This document shows positions 56,891 to 64,000 of a DNA stretch of 64,000 bases, one piece after another. The translations under genes and the position numbers were made by a program. Source of the DNA: a virus; the IMG/VR virus record IMGVR_UViG_3300021962_000041, positions 50,869 to 114,868 of that record, one strand, 5' to 3'. The notes under the pieces are model-generated. The model saw only the letters and a list, made by a program, of their open reading frames with translations, had not been told where the DNA came from and searched no databases. Position 1 is the first letter of the stretch. Every line of letters starts with the position of its first letter.

Positions 56891-57223
56891 TCACCTGTCA
56901 ATGAATTGTTTGAGTGACTCAATGGTCTTGTTCATACTACTGAATAAAACTTGCATATCAGTTTCTGGTGGGAATCCCATCAGTGCCACTGATTTGCGTA
57001 GGTTCTCTTTCATTTCAACCGCTTCAGGGTCGTCTGAAAGGGACAACCTAGTATACATCACTCTCTGCTTTTCTAGCAAGAGCTCAAGTTTCTCAATGTG
57101 TTCCAGTTTGGTCTCACGGGGCATTATACCGAAAGTGAGAATACTTCCATAAATTTCTTCTTGTAACTTGTTGATTTCTCTCAGTTCGTCTTGAATAATA
57201 TCGGAATCGAAAAAGCTACTCAT
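56891..57223 (-). CDS. DUF1825-like hypothetical protein
   Basis: FFDSDIIQ...RLSLSDDPEA; conserved position upstream of gp32. Confidence 0.75.
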   Translation of the reverse strand: MSSFFDSDIIQDELREINKLQEEIYGSILTFGIMPRETKLEHIEKLELLLEKQRVMYTRLSLSDDPEAVEMKENLRKSVALMGFPPETDMQVLFSSMNKTIESLKQFIDR

Positions 57224-57806
57224 CTATAATTTCCCGTAAAATCTTTTTAAATTGGAACACATCAATATTTAGAAATGGATTATATTTTTTAATTTTCAAA
57301 CTTACGGATTCCCACACCGGGTCCAAAAGTTTCTTATCAAACGTTTTCCCGAACAGGAATATTTTATCATAGATCACTAGGGTTTCTAGGCAAATTTTCC
57401 CGCCCAGGAACTTTTTAAGAACGGGTGGATGACCTCTGGAACAATTCAAGGCATCGTCTAATTTTGTCTCCGAGAACAATTCGCTGCTTTGTTCTTTGAA
57501 CAAGTAAGTTAAACTCTGCTGTCTCCGCATCCAATCTGCGTAAGTCCTTTCTCCAGAACTTATAATTTCTCCAATCCATAGGTTTTGTGGGTTGTCTGCA
57601 GATACAAAGTTTGATAGTAAAAAATCTACGATTTCTTGATCGGAATATTTTCTCGATGTTTTTTCAAACCAATACTTATCTTTTCTTTTATTAAAGGAAG
57701 TCATGGTTGCCCTTGACTTACCCCCATACTTAAAAAAGTCATATTTACTATTCGTAAAATGACTTTTCATCGAAAGATAAGTTTGATATGTCTCAAAAGG
57801 ACTCAT
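57216..57806 (-). CDS. gp59: Helicase loader gp59
   Basis: YLSMKSHF...YDFFKYGGK...KRKDKYWFEK...ETLVI. Confidence 0.88.
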   Translation of the reverse strand: MSPFETYQTYLSMKSHFTNSKYDFFKYGGKSRATMTSFNKRKDKYWFEKTSRKYSDQEIVDFLLSNFVSADNPQNLWIGEIISSGERTYADWMRRQQSLTYLFKEQSSELFSETKLDDALNCSRGHPPVLKKFLGGKICLETLVIYDKIFLFGKTFDKKLLDPVWESVSLKIKKYNPFLNIDVFQFKKILREIIDE

Positions 57807-58063
57807 AATGGAAGTCGTGCTCTCGAAGTTTTTTTCATGAAGTTGAGACGGGTTGCATCCCATTTCAGACGCTCTTTCAAAGGTTTTGAAATGAGCTTTA
57901 CAACAGATTCTACCTCAAGACTATTAATTTCGCAATAGTGAACAATTGCATCAATATAATTGAAGTTTTCTTCAGCAACAATCTTCTCAATCTCAAGAGC
58001 AAACTTGGAAGGTGTTAGAAACTTATTTTCTATAGCCTGTTCTAGTTCTTTATTTGGTTCCAT
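57803..58063 (-). CDS. gp33: Late transcription coactivator gp33
   Basis: KFALEIEKIV...YIDAIVHYCE...LISKPLKERLK.DA..LNF. Confidence 0.88.
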   Translation of the reverse strand: MEPNKELEQAIENKFLTPSKFALEIEKIVAEENFNYIDAIVHYCEINSLEVESVVKLISKPLKERLKWDATRLNFMKKTSRARLPL

Positions 58064-58730
58064 AGAGCTCCAGTTTATCTCTAACAAACGTTCTAATGTA
58101 TTTGCTGAGGAGTTTGATGTATTTTGATTTGTCTCGTTCTTCATAGACGACGCATTCTCCATTTTCACAAGCCATGATGATTACAAGTTTTTTGACTGAA
58201 ATACCAGTCAGTTCGTATAGCATACAACCATATGCCATACATTGAACAAAATAGTGTTCGATCCACTCTCGTGGTTTAGGTTTTTTAGAAGTCTTAAAGT
58301 CGATTATTGCTAACTCGCCGTCATATTCGGCAATGCAGTCAACTGTCCCAGCAATTCCCAGTTGTTTACTATAAAGGGACCCTTCAAGGGCGTAAATATT
58401 ATTTATACGATTAAATTCCGCCTTCGCAATCTTAAACAGAAAATCCGCCATAGGCGCAACAGGAGGGAGATCCTTATTATCCAGATAGTTTTCCACAAGA
58501 GAATGCATATCCGTGCCCCGAGAAGTAGCCGCTTTAGTAATCTTTTGCGCCTCCTCCTCACCAACCTTTTTGCGCCAGTTATCGAAGATTTCACGATTAA
58601 AATGACTAGTAACAGAAGTAATCGAAACTAAACGAAGAAGTTCTTCGTCATCTGGAACCTTGTAATAACGAACACCATCTATAGTTTCACGCTCCAACTT
58701 AGGGAGTTCAATATCAATATGATTAAACAT
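58050..58730 (-). CDS. Cas4-like PD-(D/E)xK exonuclease
   Basis: SITSV, RGTDMH, AGTVDCIAE..IIDFKTS, YFVQ..AY. Confidence 0.88.
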   Translation of the reverse strand: MFNHIDIELPKLERETIDGVRYYKVPDDEELLRLVSITSVTSHFNREIFDNWRKKVGEEEAQKITKAATSRGTDMHSLVENYLDNKDLPPVAPMADFLFKIAKAEFNRINNIYALEGSLYSKQLGIAGTVDCIAEYDGELAIIDFKTSKKPKPREWIEHYFVQCMAYGCMLYELTGISVKKLVIIMACENGECVVYEERDKSKYIKLLSKYIRTFVRDKLELYGTK

Positions 58731-59488
58731 TAAAAACCAGATTCCATTTTTGCAATGATGTATTCCTTAACAAGTCCAGAACGAACGATGTCTTCTACAC
58801 CAAATTCAATTATATCAAAAGAAGGCATTTTACGCAAGACCGACATAAAATCGACGATGCCATTACGCTCGTTTGTTTTCTGTAAATCAGACTGGGATGC
58901 ATCACCACAGAAACAAATTTTGGTATTTTCCCCTACACGAGTAATGATAGAATCAAGTTCGTGGAAGTTTAGGTTCTGAAACTCATCTACAATCACAATA
59001 GCATTATCAAGAGTCGTTCCACGAAGGAATGAAGTGCTCCAGAACTTAATGGTTTCTTGTGACTTGAGATTTCCATAGAGCATCTCAAAGTCAGCATCAG
59101 AGGGCATCTGGAACATATACTTCACCATATTCTTATAAGGAATCTGGTAAATATCTGCCTTGTCATCATGAGTTCCAGGCAGGAATCCAATCTCACGAGT
59201 GGCAACTAGTGAACGAACAAGATAAATTCTTTCATAAGGAGTAGATTCATCAAGAACATCTGCAAGAGCATTATAAAGTGTGATGAATGTTTTACCAGTT
59301 CCTGCACATCCATAGGCAACAAGATGTTTACCGTCAGCATAGGAATCAAAAAGTCGTTTTTGATTATCAGTAAGAGGATCAATCTCAACTAAGTATTCTG
59401 CACTTAAAGGTTTTCTCCTCTTCATTTGCTTTGCAGTCAGACCAACTCCGATTGGTTGATCAACATTTCCTCTTTTTCTTCTTGCCAT
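58730..59488 (-). CDS. phoH: PhoH family ATPase
   Basis: GCAGTGKT, IGFLPG, FLRGTT, VDEFQN, GDASQSDL, DIVRSGLV. Confidence 0.95.
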   Translation of the reverse strand: MARRKRGNVDQPIGVGLTAKQMKRRKPLSAEYLVEIDPLTDNQKRLFDSYADGKHLVAYGCAGTGKTFITLYNALADVLDESTPYERIYLVRSLVATREIGFLPGTHDDKADIYQIPYKNMVKYMFQMPSDADFEMLYGNLKSQETIKFWSTSFLRGTTLDNAIVIVDEFQNLNFHELDSIITRVGENTKICFCGDASQSDLQKTNERNGIVDFMSVLRKMPSFDIIEFGVEDIVRSGLVKEYIIAKMESGF

Positions 59489-59736
59489 TAGAGTTTCTTT
59501 ACACGAGAGCCAGGTGCTTTTGATGCTTTATGGAGCACATCATTCCATCCAGGATTACGATTAACCAGTTTATCCCTCCACTCACCAACTTCTCCAGGAG
59601 AAGGGCAAGTTGAAGGATCAGACCAATCTCGAATCCAATCTGGATTATCATTTTTCCACTGGTCCCAGTCGTGGATGCTCATTTCCACTTCTTTCTGTTC
59701 ACCAGTTTTTGTATTCACTACAGGATATGTTGCCAT
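59488..59736 (-). CDS. FmdB-like conserved cyanophage protein
   Basis: MATYPVVN.KTGEQKE...GWNDVL; conserved position between thyX and phoH. Confidence 0.7.
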   Translation of the reverse strand: MATYPVVNTKTGEQKEVEMSIHDWDQWKNDNPDWIRDWSDPSTCPSPGEVGEWRDKLVNRNPGWNDVLHKASKAPGSRVKKL

Positions 59737-59763
59737 TGTTATAAATTCAAGATATTTTATTTA

Positions 59764-60420
59764 TTAGTAAATCCAACCTTCAAACTTTGTCCACTCAAGT
59801 GCTTCTGCTACTGAAGGAAATTGTTCAATGAATACATTCTTACAAGCAAGTGCAATATCCATATGTTCTTTTTGAGTGCCATTGGCAGAGCGAAGATTGA
59901 TGTAATGTATCCATGACCTGCAAGAGCCGCTCATATAGATGCGTGTGGGCGTCGCCAAGGGCAATACAAACCTTGCACACTCCTTTGCTACTCCATGCGC
60001 TAGGAGTTCCTTGTAGAGTTGCATAGAGTGTGCAAAATGATCTTGAATCTTACTTTGAAGAGTCAGTTTCTCATACTCACCAATATCATCAATTGAGTTT
60101 TGACGATTCTTGGTATCTTGACGACGAAGTTCAGGAACAGGAATATAATCACTCAACAGAGAAGAGTCTGCATAACGCTGTGAAAATTCTTGATATGTGA
60201 AACTCCTGTGGCGCAAAATTTGAGCTGCGATACCACGATTTGTTTCAATTTCAAGAGTCATAAAAGACTGCTCAAAAACAGACCAATGATTATGCTTAAT
60301 GCAATAAGCAAGCAACTTGGCATAGTTTTCGTTGTCTTGATTCGCAGGGTTGCTAACTCTAGCAACATACGCCATTGTTTTTTCTGCATCGGGTGTTACA
60401 CTGATGAGTTTTACTGTCAT
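59764..60420 (-). CDS. thyX: Flavin-dependent thymidylate synthase
   Basis: HWSVFE, QILRHRSFTYQEFSQRY, ARFVLP, HYINLR. Confidence 0.96.
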   Translation of the reverse strand: MTVKLISVTPDAEKTMAYVARVSNPANQDNENYAKLLAYCIKHNHWSVFEQSFMTLEIETNRGIAAQILRHRSFTYQEFSQRYADSSLLSDYIPVPELRRQDTKNRQNSIDDIGEYEKLTLQSKIQDHFAHSMQLYKELLAHGVAKECARFVLPLATPTRIYMSGSCRSWIHYINLRSANGTQKEHMDIALACKNVFIEQFPSVAEALEWTKFEGWIY

Positions 60421-60659
60421 TTCTTTCCAAATCCTTTGAATGTGTGTGCTTCTAGTTTTGCAACTTCTGCTTCTGCTTCACGAAGACGCTTTTTCATATC
60501 ATGCATTTCTTCTTCGCTATACAAATGATTTTGTGCTACAAGTCTCTTCATTAATTTTAAGAGTTCTTTTGCTTTTTTAGTCTGCGTATCCATCATCATC
60601 ATCAAAAATCTCGTCGTAATCTGAAACAACCTTAGGTTGTGGTTTGTATGCAGAAACAT
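60417..60659 (-). CDS. Hypothetical protein (start probably MDTQTK)
   Basis: ORF coupled to thyX. Confidence 0.6.
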   Translation of the reverse strand: MFLHTNHNLRLFQITTRFLMMMMDTQTKKAKELLKLMKRLVAQNHLYSEEEMHDMKKRLREAEAEVAKLEAHTFKGFGKK

Positions 60660-60738
60660 CAGAATAAACTTCTGCTTTTAAAGAATCTACCAAAAGTTCC
60701 AGATTACGGACAATTAGTTTTAGTTTGTCTCTGTCCAT
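60577..60738 (-). CDS. Small conserved hypothetical protein (MDRDKLKLIVRNLE...)
   Basis: Read by eye, 53 aa. Confidence 0.65.
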   Translation of the reverse strand: MDRDKLKLIVRNLELLVDSLKAEVYSDVSAYKPQPKVVSDYDEIFDDDDGYAD

Positions 60739-60769
60739 AAGATAGTATTCTCTTTGAATATCATAACAT

Positions 60770-60797
60770 AAAAAAAGGAGGGGATCAACCCCTCCTT
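60770..60797 (-). terminator. Intrinsic terminator
   Basis: AAGGAGGGG-ttgat-CCCCTCCTT followed by a T-tract on the minus strand. Confidence 0.8.
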
Positions 60798-60801
60798 AGC
60801 A

Positions 60802-60975
60802 TTATTGACTTAATATATTTCTACAGATCTTTCTACAACTTTGTTGATTGTCATCACACTCAATTAAACAATTAAAATAGTCATTAACTAAATCATTTTG
60901 CTCGTTACATCGGTCCACAGTATCCTCAAATTGTTTCCATCCAGCCAGTTGATTGTAAGAAATTAAATTGTGCAT
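60802..60975 (-). CDS. Small Cys-rich hypothetical protein (MHNLISYNQL...DYFNCLIEC..CRKIC)
   Basis: GGAGG SD before MHN. Confidence 0.7.
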   Translation of the reverse strand: MHNLISYNQLAGWKQFEDTVDRCNEQNDLVNDYFNCLIECDDNQQSCRKICRNILSQ

Positions 60976-61121
60976 AATTACCTCCACGCACAAAGAATGG
61001 CATAACAAAGGAGTTTTCGTTCATTTGTAACACCTCAAACATCCTAGCATTATATATGTATTTTGTGTGGATTTTCTAATATTAAGCAACAAAAATTTAT
61101 GCCTACGAGTTTATACTTATT

Positions 61122-61145
61122 AAAAAAGGAGGGTTGCCCATCCTT
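61122..61145 (-). terminator. Intrinsic terminator ending the riboswitch-associated operon
   Basis: AAGGA-TGGG-caa-CCC-TCCTT followed by a T-tract. Confidence 0.6.
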
Positions 61146-61237
61146 GATGATTTACTTATAAAGCCACTGAATGTATGATGACAGCAGTATAGTCATCAAC
61201 GCAATCGCAGCAGTTGAAGATACAATAACTTGTGCCA

Positions 61238-61336
61238 TCACTTTACTCCAACTAGTTGTGCTAGTTGTGCTTGATGACGACGCTCTTCTTTTTGCTTTTG
61301 TTCTTTAATAAGTTGAAGGAAGTTAAGTTTTTTCAT
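61238..61336 (-). CDS. Small basic peptide (MKKLNFLQLIKEQKQKEERRHQA...)
   Basis: ATGA overlap with the upstream peptide. Confidence 0.55.
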   Translation of the reverse strand: MKKLNFLQLIKEQKQKEERRHQAQLAQLVGVK

Positions 61337-61491
61337 TGTGCCACCTCCGCATTTCTGCAGGGGCGATATGCTACACCACGATATTTGTTTTGTGGATGAG
61401 CAGGAGCGTGTGTTTGGGTATACCAAGACACATACTCTTTCTTTGCATCTTCGGTGTCATATTGACACCCTCTGTAAACGACTTTAGACAT
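61333..61491 (-). CDS. DUF4278-like 'downstream peptide' (two YRG motifs)
   Basis: MSKVVYRGCQYD...KYRGVAY; AAGGAG SD; directly 3' of a riboswitch-like aptamer. Confidence 0.8.
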   Translation of the reverse strand: MSKVVYRGCQYDTEDAKKEYVSWYTQTHAPAHPQNKYRGVAYRPCRNAEVAQ

Positions 61492-61523
61492 TAGGTTTTC
61501 TCCTTAATTTTGAGGCTAAAGAG

Positions 61524-61692
61524 CGTTCCTTCAGTCGGCTTTTGCGTCTATGGGACAAGTTTTTGGAGAGACCTGTTTAATCTCCCAAATTAGATCATTC
61601 TTTGCTTGTTTAGGAATATCAGTCTTTTGGACTCTTCCTACCATCAATTGTGCTTGTAGGCAAGTGAGAATGATTGCTTCCATAGATGAACG
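61524..61692 (-). ncRNA. Glutamine-riboswitch-like aptamer 2 (Downstream-peptide/glnA type) with ORF-containing P2 loop
   Basis: 5' CGTTCA-TCTATGG ... CCATAGA-CGCAAAAGCCGAC-TGAAGGAACG 3'. Confidence 0.65.
61531..61683 (-). CDS. 50-aa hypothetical protein nested in aptamer 2 (MEAIILTCLQAQ...TCPIDAKAD)
   Basis: Read by eye; ATG within the P2 5' strand, TGA within TGAAGGAACG. Confidence 0.65.
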   Translation of the reverse strand: MEAIILTCLQAQLMVGRVQKTDIPKQAKNDLIWEIKQVSPKTCPIDAKAD

Positions 61693-61948
61693 TTCCGTTC
61701 CGAGTCGGCTTACTTCCGTCCTATTTAATTTTTAGCACCTTGTAATCACATCCTTTCGGAGTTCTAATAGCAATTGGTCTTCTTTTCTCTGGTGAACAAC
61801 ATCGTCGTTTTTAACGATGTCCATTAGTTCCCACGCTGCGTTACAACTTATTGTGACTGGAAATTCAGTCTTATTAGGTTGTGGTGAAGCAACAGAAAGA
61901 AGTGGAACCCATGCTAAAAGCAAAAGTGCTTTAGTCATAGGATGAACG
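61691..61948 (-). ncRNA. Glutamine-riboswitch-like aptamer 1 (glnA type) with ORF-containing P2 loop
   Basis: 5' CGTTCA-TCCTAT ... ATAGGA-CGGAAGTAAG-CCGACTCGG-AACGGAACG 3'. Confidence 0.6.
61732..61938 (-). CDS. 68-aa putative secreted protein nested in aptamer 1
   Basis: Signal-like N-terminus MTKALLLLAWVPLLSVA; two Cys. Confidence 0.7.
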   Translation of the reverse strand: MTKALLLLAWVPLLSVASPQPNKTEFPVTISCNAAWELMDIVKNDDVVHQRKEDQLLLELRKDVITRC

Positions 61949-62004
61949 TTAGGAGGGTATTATACTCCTATTCATTGTATATAGGTGAAAAATATCTTGA
62001 AATA

Positions 62005-62018
62005 GTAACAATAGATAC
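62005..62018. promoter_or_regulatory. NtcA-binding site (GTA-N8-TAC)
   Basis: GTAACAATAGATAC; AT-rich -10-like TATATACAAT starting 21 nt downstream on the minus strand. Confidence 0.6.
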
Positions 62019-62113
62019 AAAAATGTATCCATATTATACTAAAAAACGTGAAGATTTGTGAAAACCCTCACGCGAGAAAATTTTGCCGGAAAAATTTTGC
62101 CTTATATGGGGAA

Positions 62114-62482
62114 TTACTTTCGCTTTTTGGTTTTGGGTGCCTGATAACCCCAGAGTTTAGGATTGATACGACCATATCCAAAGTCAATGTTCTTTAGGTT
62201 TTCACGAAACTTATCCCAGTACATATCAAACAATTTGATACGACCACCTCGTGTCAGATCAAAACAAATCTTATCATCTACAATATACTTGATAATGTAA
62301 GCATCATTTGGTGCTTCTTTGGTACAGACATCAGCATACGAACCATTTTCAATTAGAATTTCACATCCATAGCGAGACTTGCAAGTTTCTTTTTCTGCTG
62401 GTGTCCAATAGTCCATATGCTTTTCCGTATTGTGGGTTTTTTCAACTACATCACGAACTTGACTCACGAACGACCTCCCCAT
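62114..62482 (-). CDS. Conserved cyanophage hypothetical protein
   Basis: FDMYWDKF...GYGRINPKLWG. Confidence 0.7.
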   Translation of the reverse strand: MGRSFVSQVRDVVEKTHNTEKHMDYWTPAEKETCKSRYGCEILIENGSYADVCTKEAPNDAYIIKYIVDDKICFDLTRGGRIKLFDMYWDKFRENLKNIDFGYGRINPKLWGYQAPKTKKRK

Positions 62483-63063
62483 TGAATATCAGGATATGCT
62501 TCAGAAACTACTTCTTTCGTAATCTTATACTTATCAGAAAGATTCTTATCCTTTACAAGACAAATAATTTCTGCTTCAAGAGGATGAAGTCCTTCAAGAA
62601 TATTAATGAACATTGTTTCACGACGAATATTATTCAGACCATCATTACCACCTTTAATAAAGTGATAGAAATTTACATATTCTCTACGAATTGTGGTATG
62701 CCCTTGCTTGTCACTAGATCCCAAAGAGAAAGATCCCGTTTCATGCATTCTACGAATATCTTCGGTAATCTTTGTACTTAAAGATCCGCTGTAAGAAGTT
62801 TGTTCTGAATATCCAGAGTAAGGAACTGCACCAGTTGGGAGAACAGAGATAATAGATTCATCAAAGTTCCAAATTAAAATGGCTTTAAGTGAAGGATGCT
62901 CATATTTTTTAAGAACTTCTATCTTTTTGGTATTACTCTTCTGCCTAGATACCAAATCCAATACTTCAAAAGTAAATGGATTATTAGGAAGTTCTACAAT
63001 AGGTGTTTCTTTTACTACCTTTGGTTTAGTCGTCGCCGTCTTCTTCTGTGTCGTCGTAGTCAT
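62464..63063 (-). CDS. Conserved T4-like hypothetical protein
   Basis: LIWNFD...LP.G.VPY...RRETMFINILEGLHP.EAE...KDK. Confidence 0.8.
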   Translation of the reverse strand: MTTTTQKKTATTKPKVVKETPIVELPNNPFTFEVLDLVSRQKSNTKKIEVLKKYEHPSLKAILIWNFDESIISVLPTGAVPYSGYSEQTSYSGSLSTKITEDIRRMHETGSFSLGSSDKQGHTTIRREYVNFYHFIKGGNDGLNNIRRETMFINILEGLHPLEAEIICLVKDKNLSDKYKITKEVVSEAYPDIQWGGRS

Positions 63064-63256
63064 GATAGTTCTCAAAATTAAATGCAATCACCTCATCTGG
63101 AATCAGGTTACCCTGGTTATCGAACATTTCGGGGTGAGGTCTAGGAATTTCCCGATAGTTCATCATATATTCTCGTGCTACCCAACCTGCCATTATCCCC
63201 ACTATAAGAAACAAAAAGGTTAGAAAGGAACCGAAAACTAAACTAACTGCTAACAT
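63026..63256 (-). CDS. Hypothetical membrane protein (HPEMFD..G motif)
   Basis: N-terminal TM. Confidence 0.7.
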   Translation of the reverse strand: MLAVSLVFGSFLTFLFLIVGIMAGWVAREYMMNYREIPRPHPEMFDNQGNLIPDEVIAFNFENYHDYDDTEEDGDD

Positions 63257-63494
63257 TTCTTTTACCTCGGGAAACTACTTTTTTCTTCCTTGACTTAAAG
63301 GAAAATTCAAAATAGATAGTGACTTCCCGATTTAGAAAGCAAACTATCTTCTCAAAGATAATGTGGAATGGTTGAGTTTGCTTTCTTTTCCCTCCATTAA
63401 GTATGAGTTCAATACCACGATTGAAGTGGTCTTCAGTTTTATTTAGGTCACGACTTGATGACTTGTTGTTCTTTGAGGAATTTGATTGTGTCAA
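63243..63494 (-). CDS. Hypothetical protein
   Basis: ORF track. Confidence 0.6.
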   Translation of the reverse strand: MTQSNSSKNNKSSSRDLNKTEDHFNRGIELILNGGKRKQTQPFHIIFEKIVCFLNREVTIYFEFSFKSRKKKVVSRGKRNVSS

Positions 63495-63690
63495 CGGATC
63501 CTCCTATTTTTTTATCATCACAAATGACTTGTGGAAAAGTAGAACCCTCACCAAACTCGGCATAGAATTCCTCTCTAGTAAAGTCTTGTCCTAAAGTATA
63601 CACTACAAACTTCTGTTCTGTCAACTCTAATACTTGTTTGACTTTACTGCAATACGGACAATCTTCTTTTGAATAGACTGTAAAGTTCAT
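63448..63690 (-). CDS. nrdC: Glutaredoxin
   Basis: YSKEDCPYC...STFPQV...IGG. Confidence 0.92.
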   Translation of the reverse strand: MNFTVYSKEDCPYCSKVKQVLELTEQKFVVYTLGQDFTREEFYAEFGEGSTFPQVICDDKKIGGSVDTIKFLKEQQVIKS

Positions 63691-63723
63691 AATTCTTTAA
63701 TAACTTATACTAATTTATAAGAG

Positions 63724-63822
63724 AAAAAAGGGGAGTATAAAACTCCCCCTGTTAACCACCAACTCACCTCTCCCACCACAGAGAGGGTCTTCATTCCCAA
63801 AGATACGAGGATGTTGAAGACC
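63724..63822 (-). ncRNA. Putative ~100-nt small RNA (promoter, two hairpins, terminator)
   Basis: GGTCTTCA...TGAAGACC stem; CTCTC-tgtggtgg-GAGAG hairpin; GGGGAGT-tttat-ACTCCCC-T6 terminator. Confidence 0.6.
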
Positions 63823-63827
63823 TTGAT

Positions 63828-63856
63828 ATTATAAGGGAAAATAGTAAAAATGTCAA
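63828..63856 (-). promoter_or_regulatory. Perfect-consensus sigma70 promoter
   Basis: TTGACA (63856-63851), 17 bp, TATAAT (63833-63828). Confidence 0.85.
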
Positions 63857-63857
63857 A

Positions 63858-64000
63858 TCAACCTTGAGATTCGGTCCAGGTTACTCGTCCAGCAATTGAT
63901 CTCTGTTGCCCAGAAACATTTGTGGCGAACACAGTTAATGTGTCGGGTCCATCAGGATATATACCAGGACCACCAAGAATACTATTACCAAGTTCACGAC
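63858..64000 (-). CDS. C-terminal fragment of a probable virion structural protein (runs off the window)
   Basis: ...RELGNSILGG..IYPDGPDTLTV...RVTWTESQG*. Confidence 0.65.
   Translation of the reverse strand, partial: RELGNSILGGPGIYPDGPDTLTVFATNVSGQQRSIAGRVTWTESQG

Noticed and set aside
61550-61735. 61-aa plus-strand ORF across the riboswitch region
   Set aside because: Antisense to the minus-strand aptamer elements and the 50-aa ORF; no SD or promoter support.
1-64000. Bacterial chromosome or integrated prophage
   Set aside because: No integrase or host housekeeping context; gene content and promoters fit a lytic T4-like cyanophage throughout.

Overview
This is a 64-kb segment of a large T4-like cyanophage (Kyanoviridae-type myovirus), probably infecting Synechococcus/Cyanobium. 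The assignment rests on cp12, phoH, thyX, T4-like gp32/59/33/26/51/48/53/2/4/5 genes and cyanophage-type early and late promoters. Most genes are on the minus strand. 1-31.3 kb is the early/accessory region. It has many small hypothetical ORFs driven by about 10 copies of a palindromic early-promoter motif, a repeat-rich intergenic region at 0.9-1.8 kb, a GIY-YIG homing endonuclease and RlpA. It also holds an adenine-MTase / ParB-like / restriction-endonuclease-like trio, cp12, a FabF-type ketosynthase followed by three tandem AspH/LpxO-like hydroxylases, a dTDP-glucose 4,6-dehydratase, four more 2OG-Fe(II) oxygenases and an SF2 helicase. 31.3-55.3 kb holds tail fibre and baseplate genes plus three tRNAs (Leu-TAA, CAT, Ile-TAT). 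55.3-64 kb holds a Mom-like acetyltransferase, replication and late-transcription genes, phoH, thyX, glutaredoxin and an ncRNA-rich stretch. The most notable observations are: (i) two tandem glutamine-riboswitch-like aptamers whose P2 loops appear to contain whole ORFs with the start codon paired in the P2 stem, downstream of an NtcA box; (ii) the ketosynthase plus triple hydroxylase operon; (iii) a regularly spaced CTCGWCGAGAT array overlapping promoters; (iv) a circularly permuted M23 peptidase; (v) a stand-alone ~100-nt sRNA transcription unit. All calls come from motif reading only; no searches were run.
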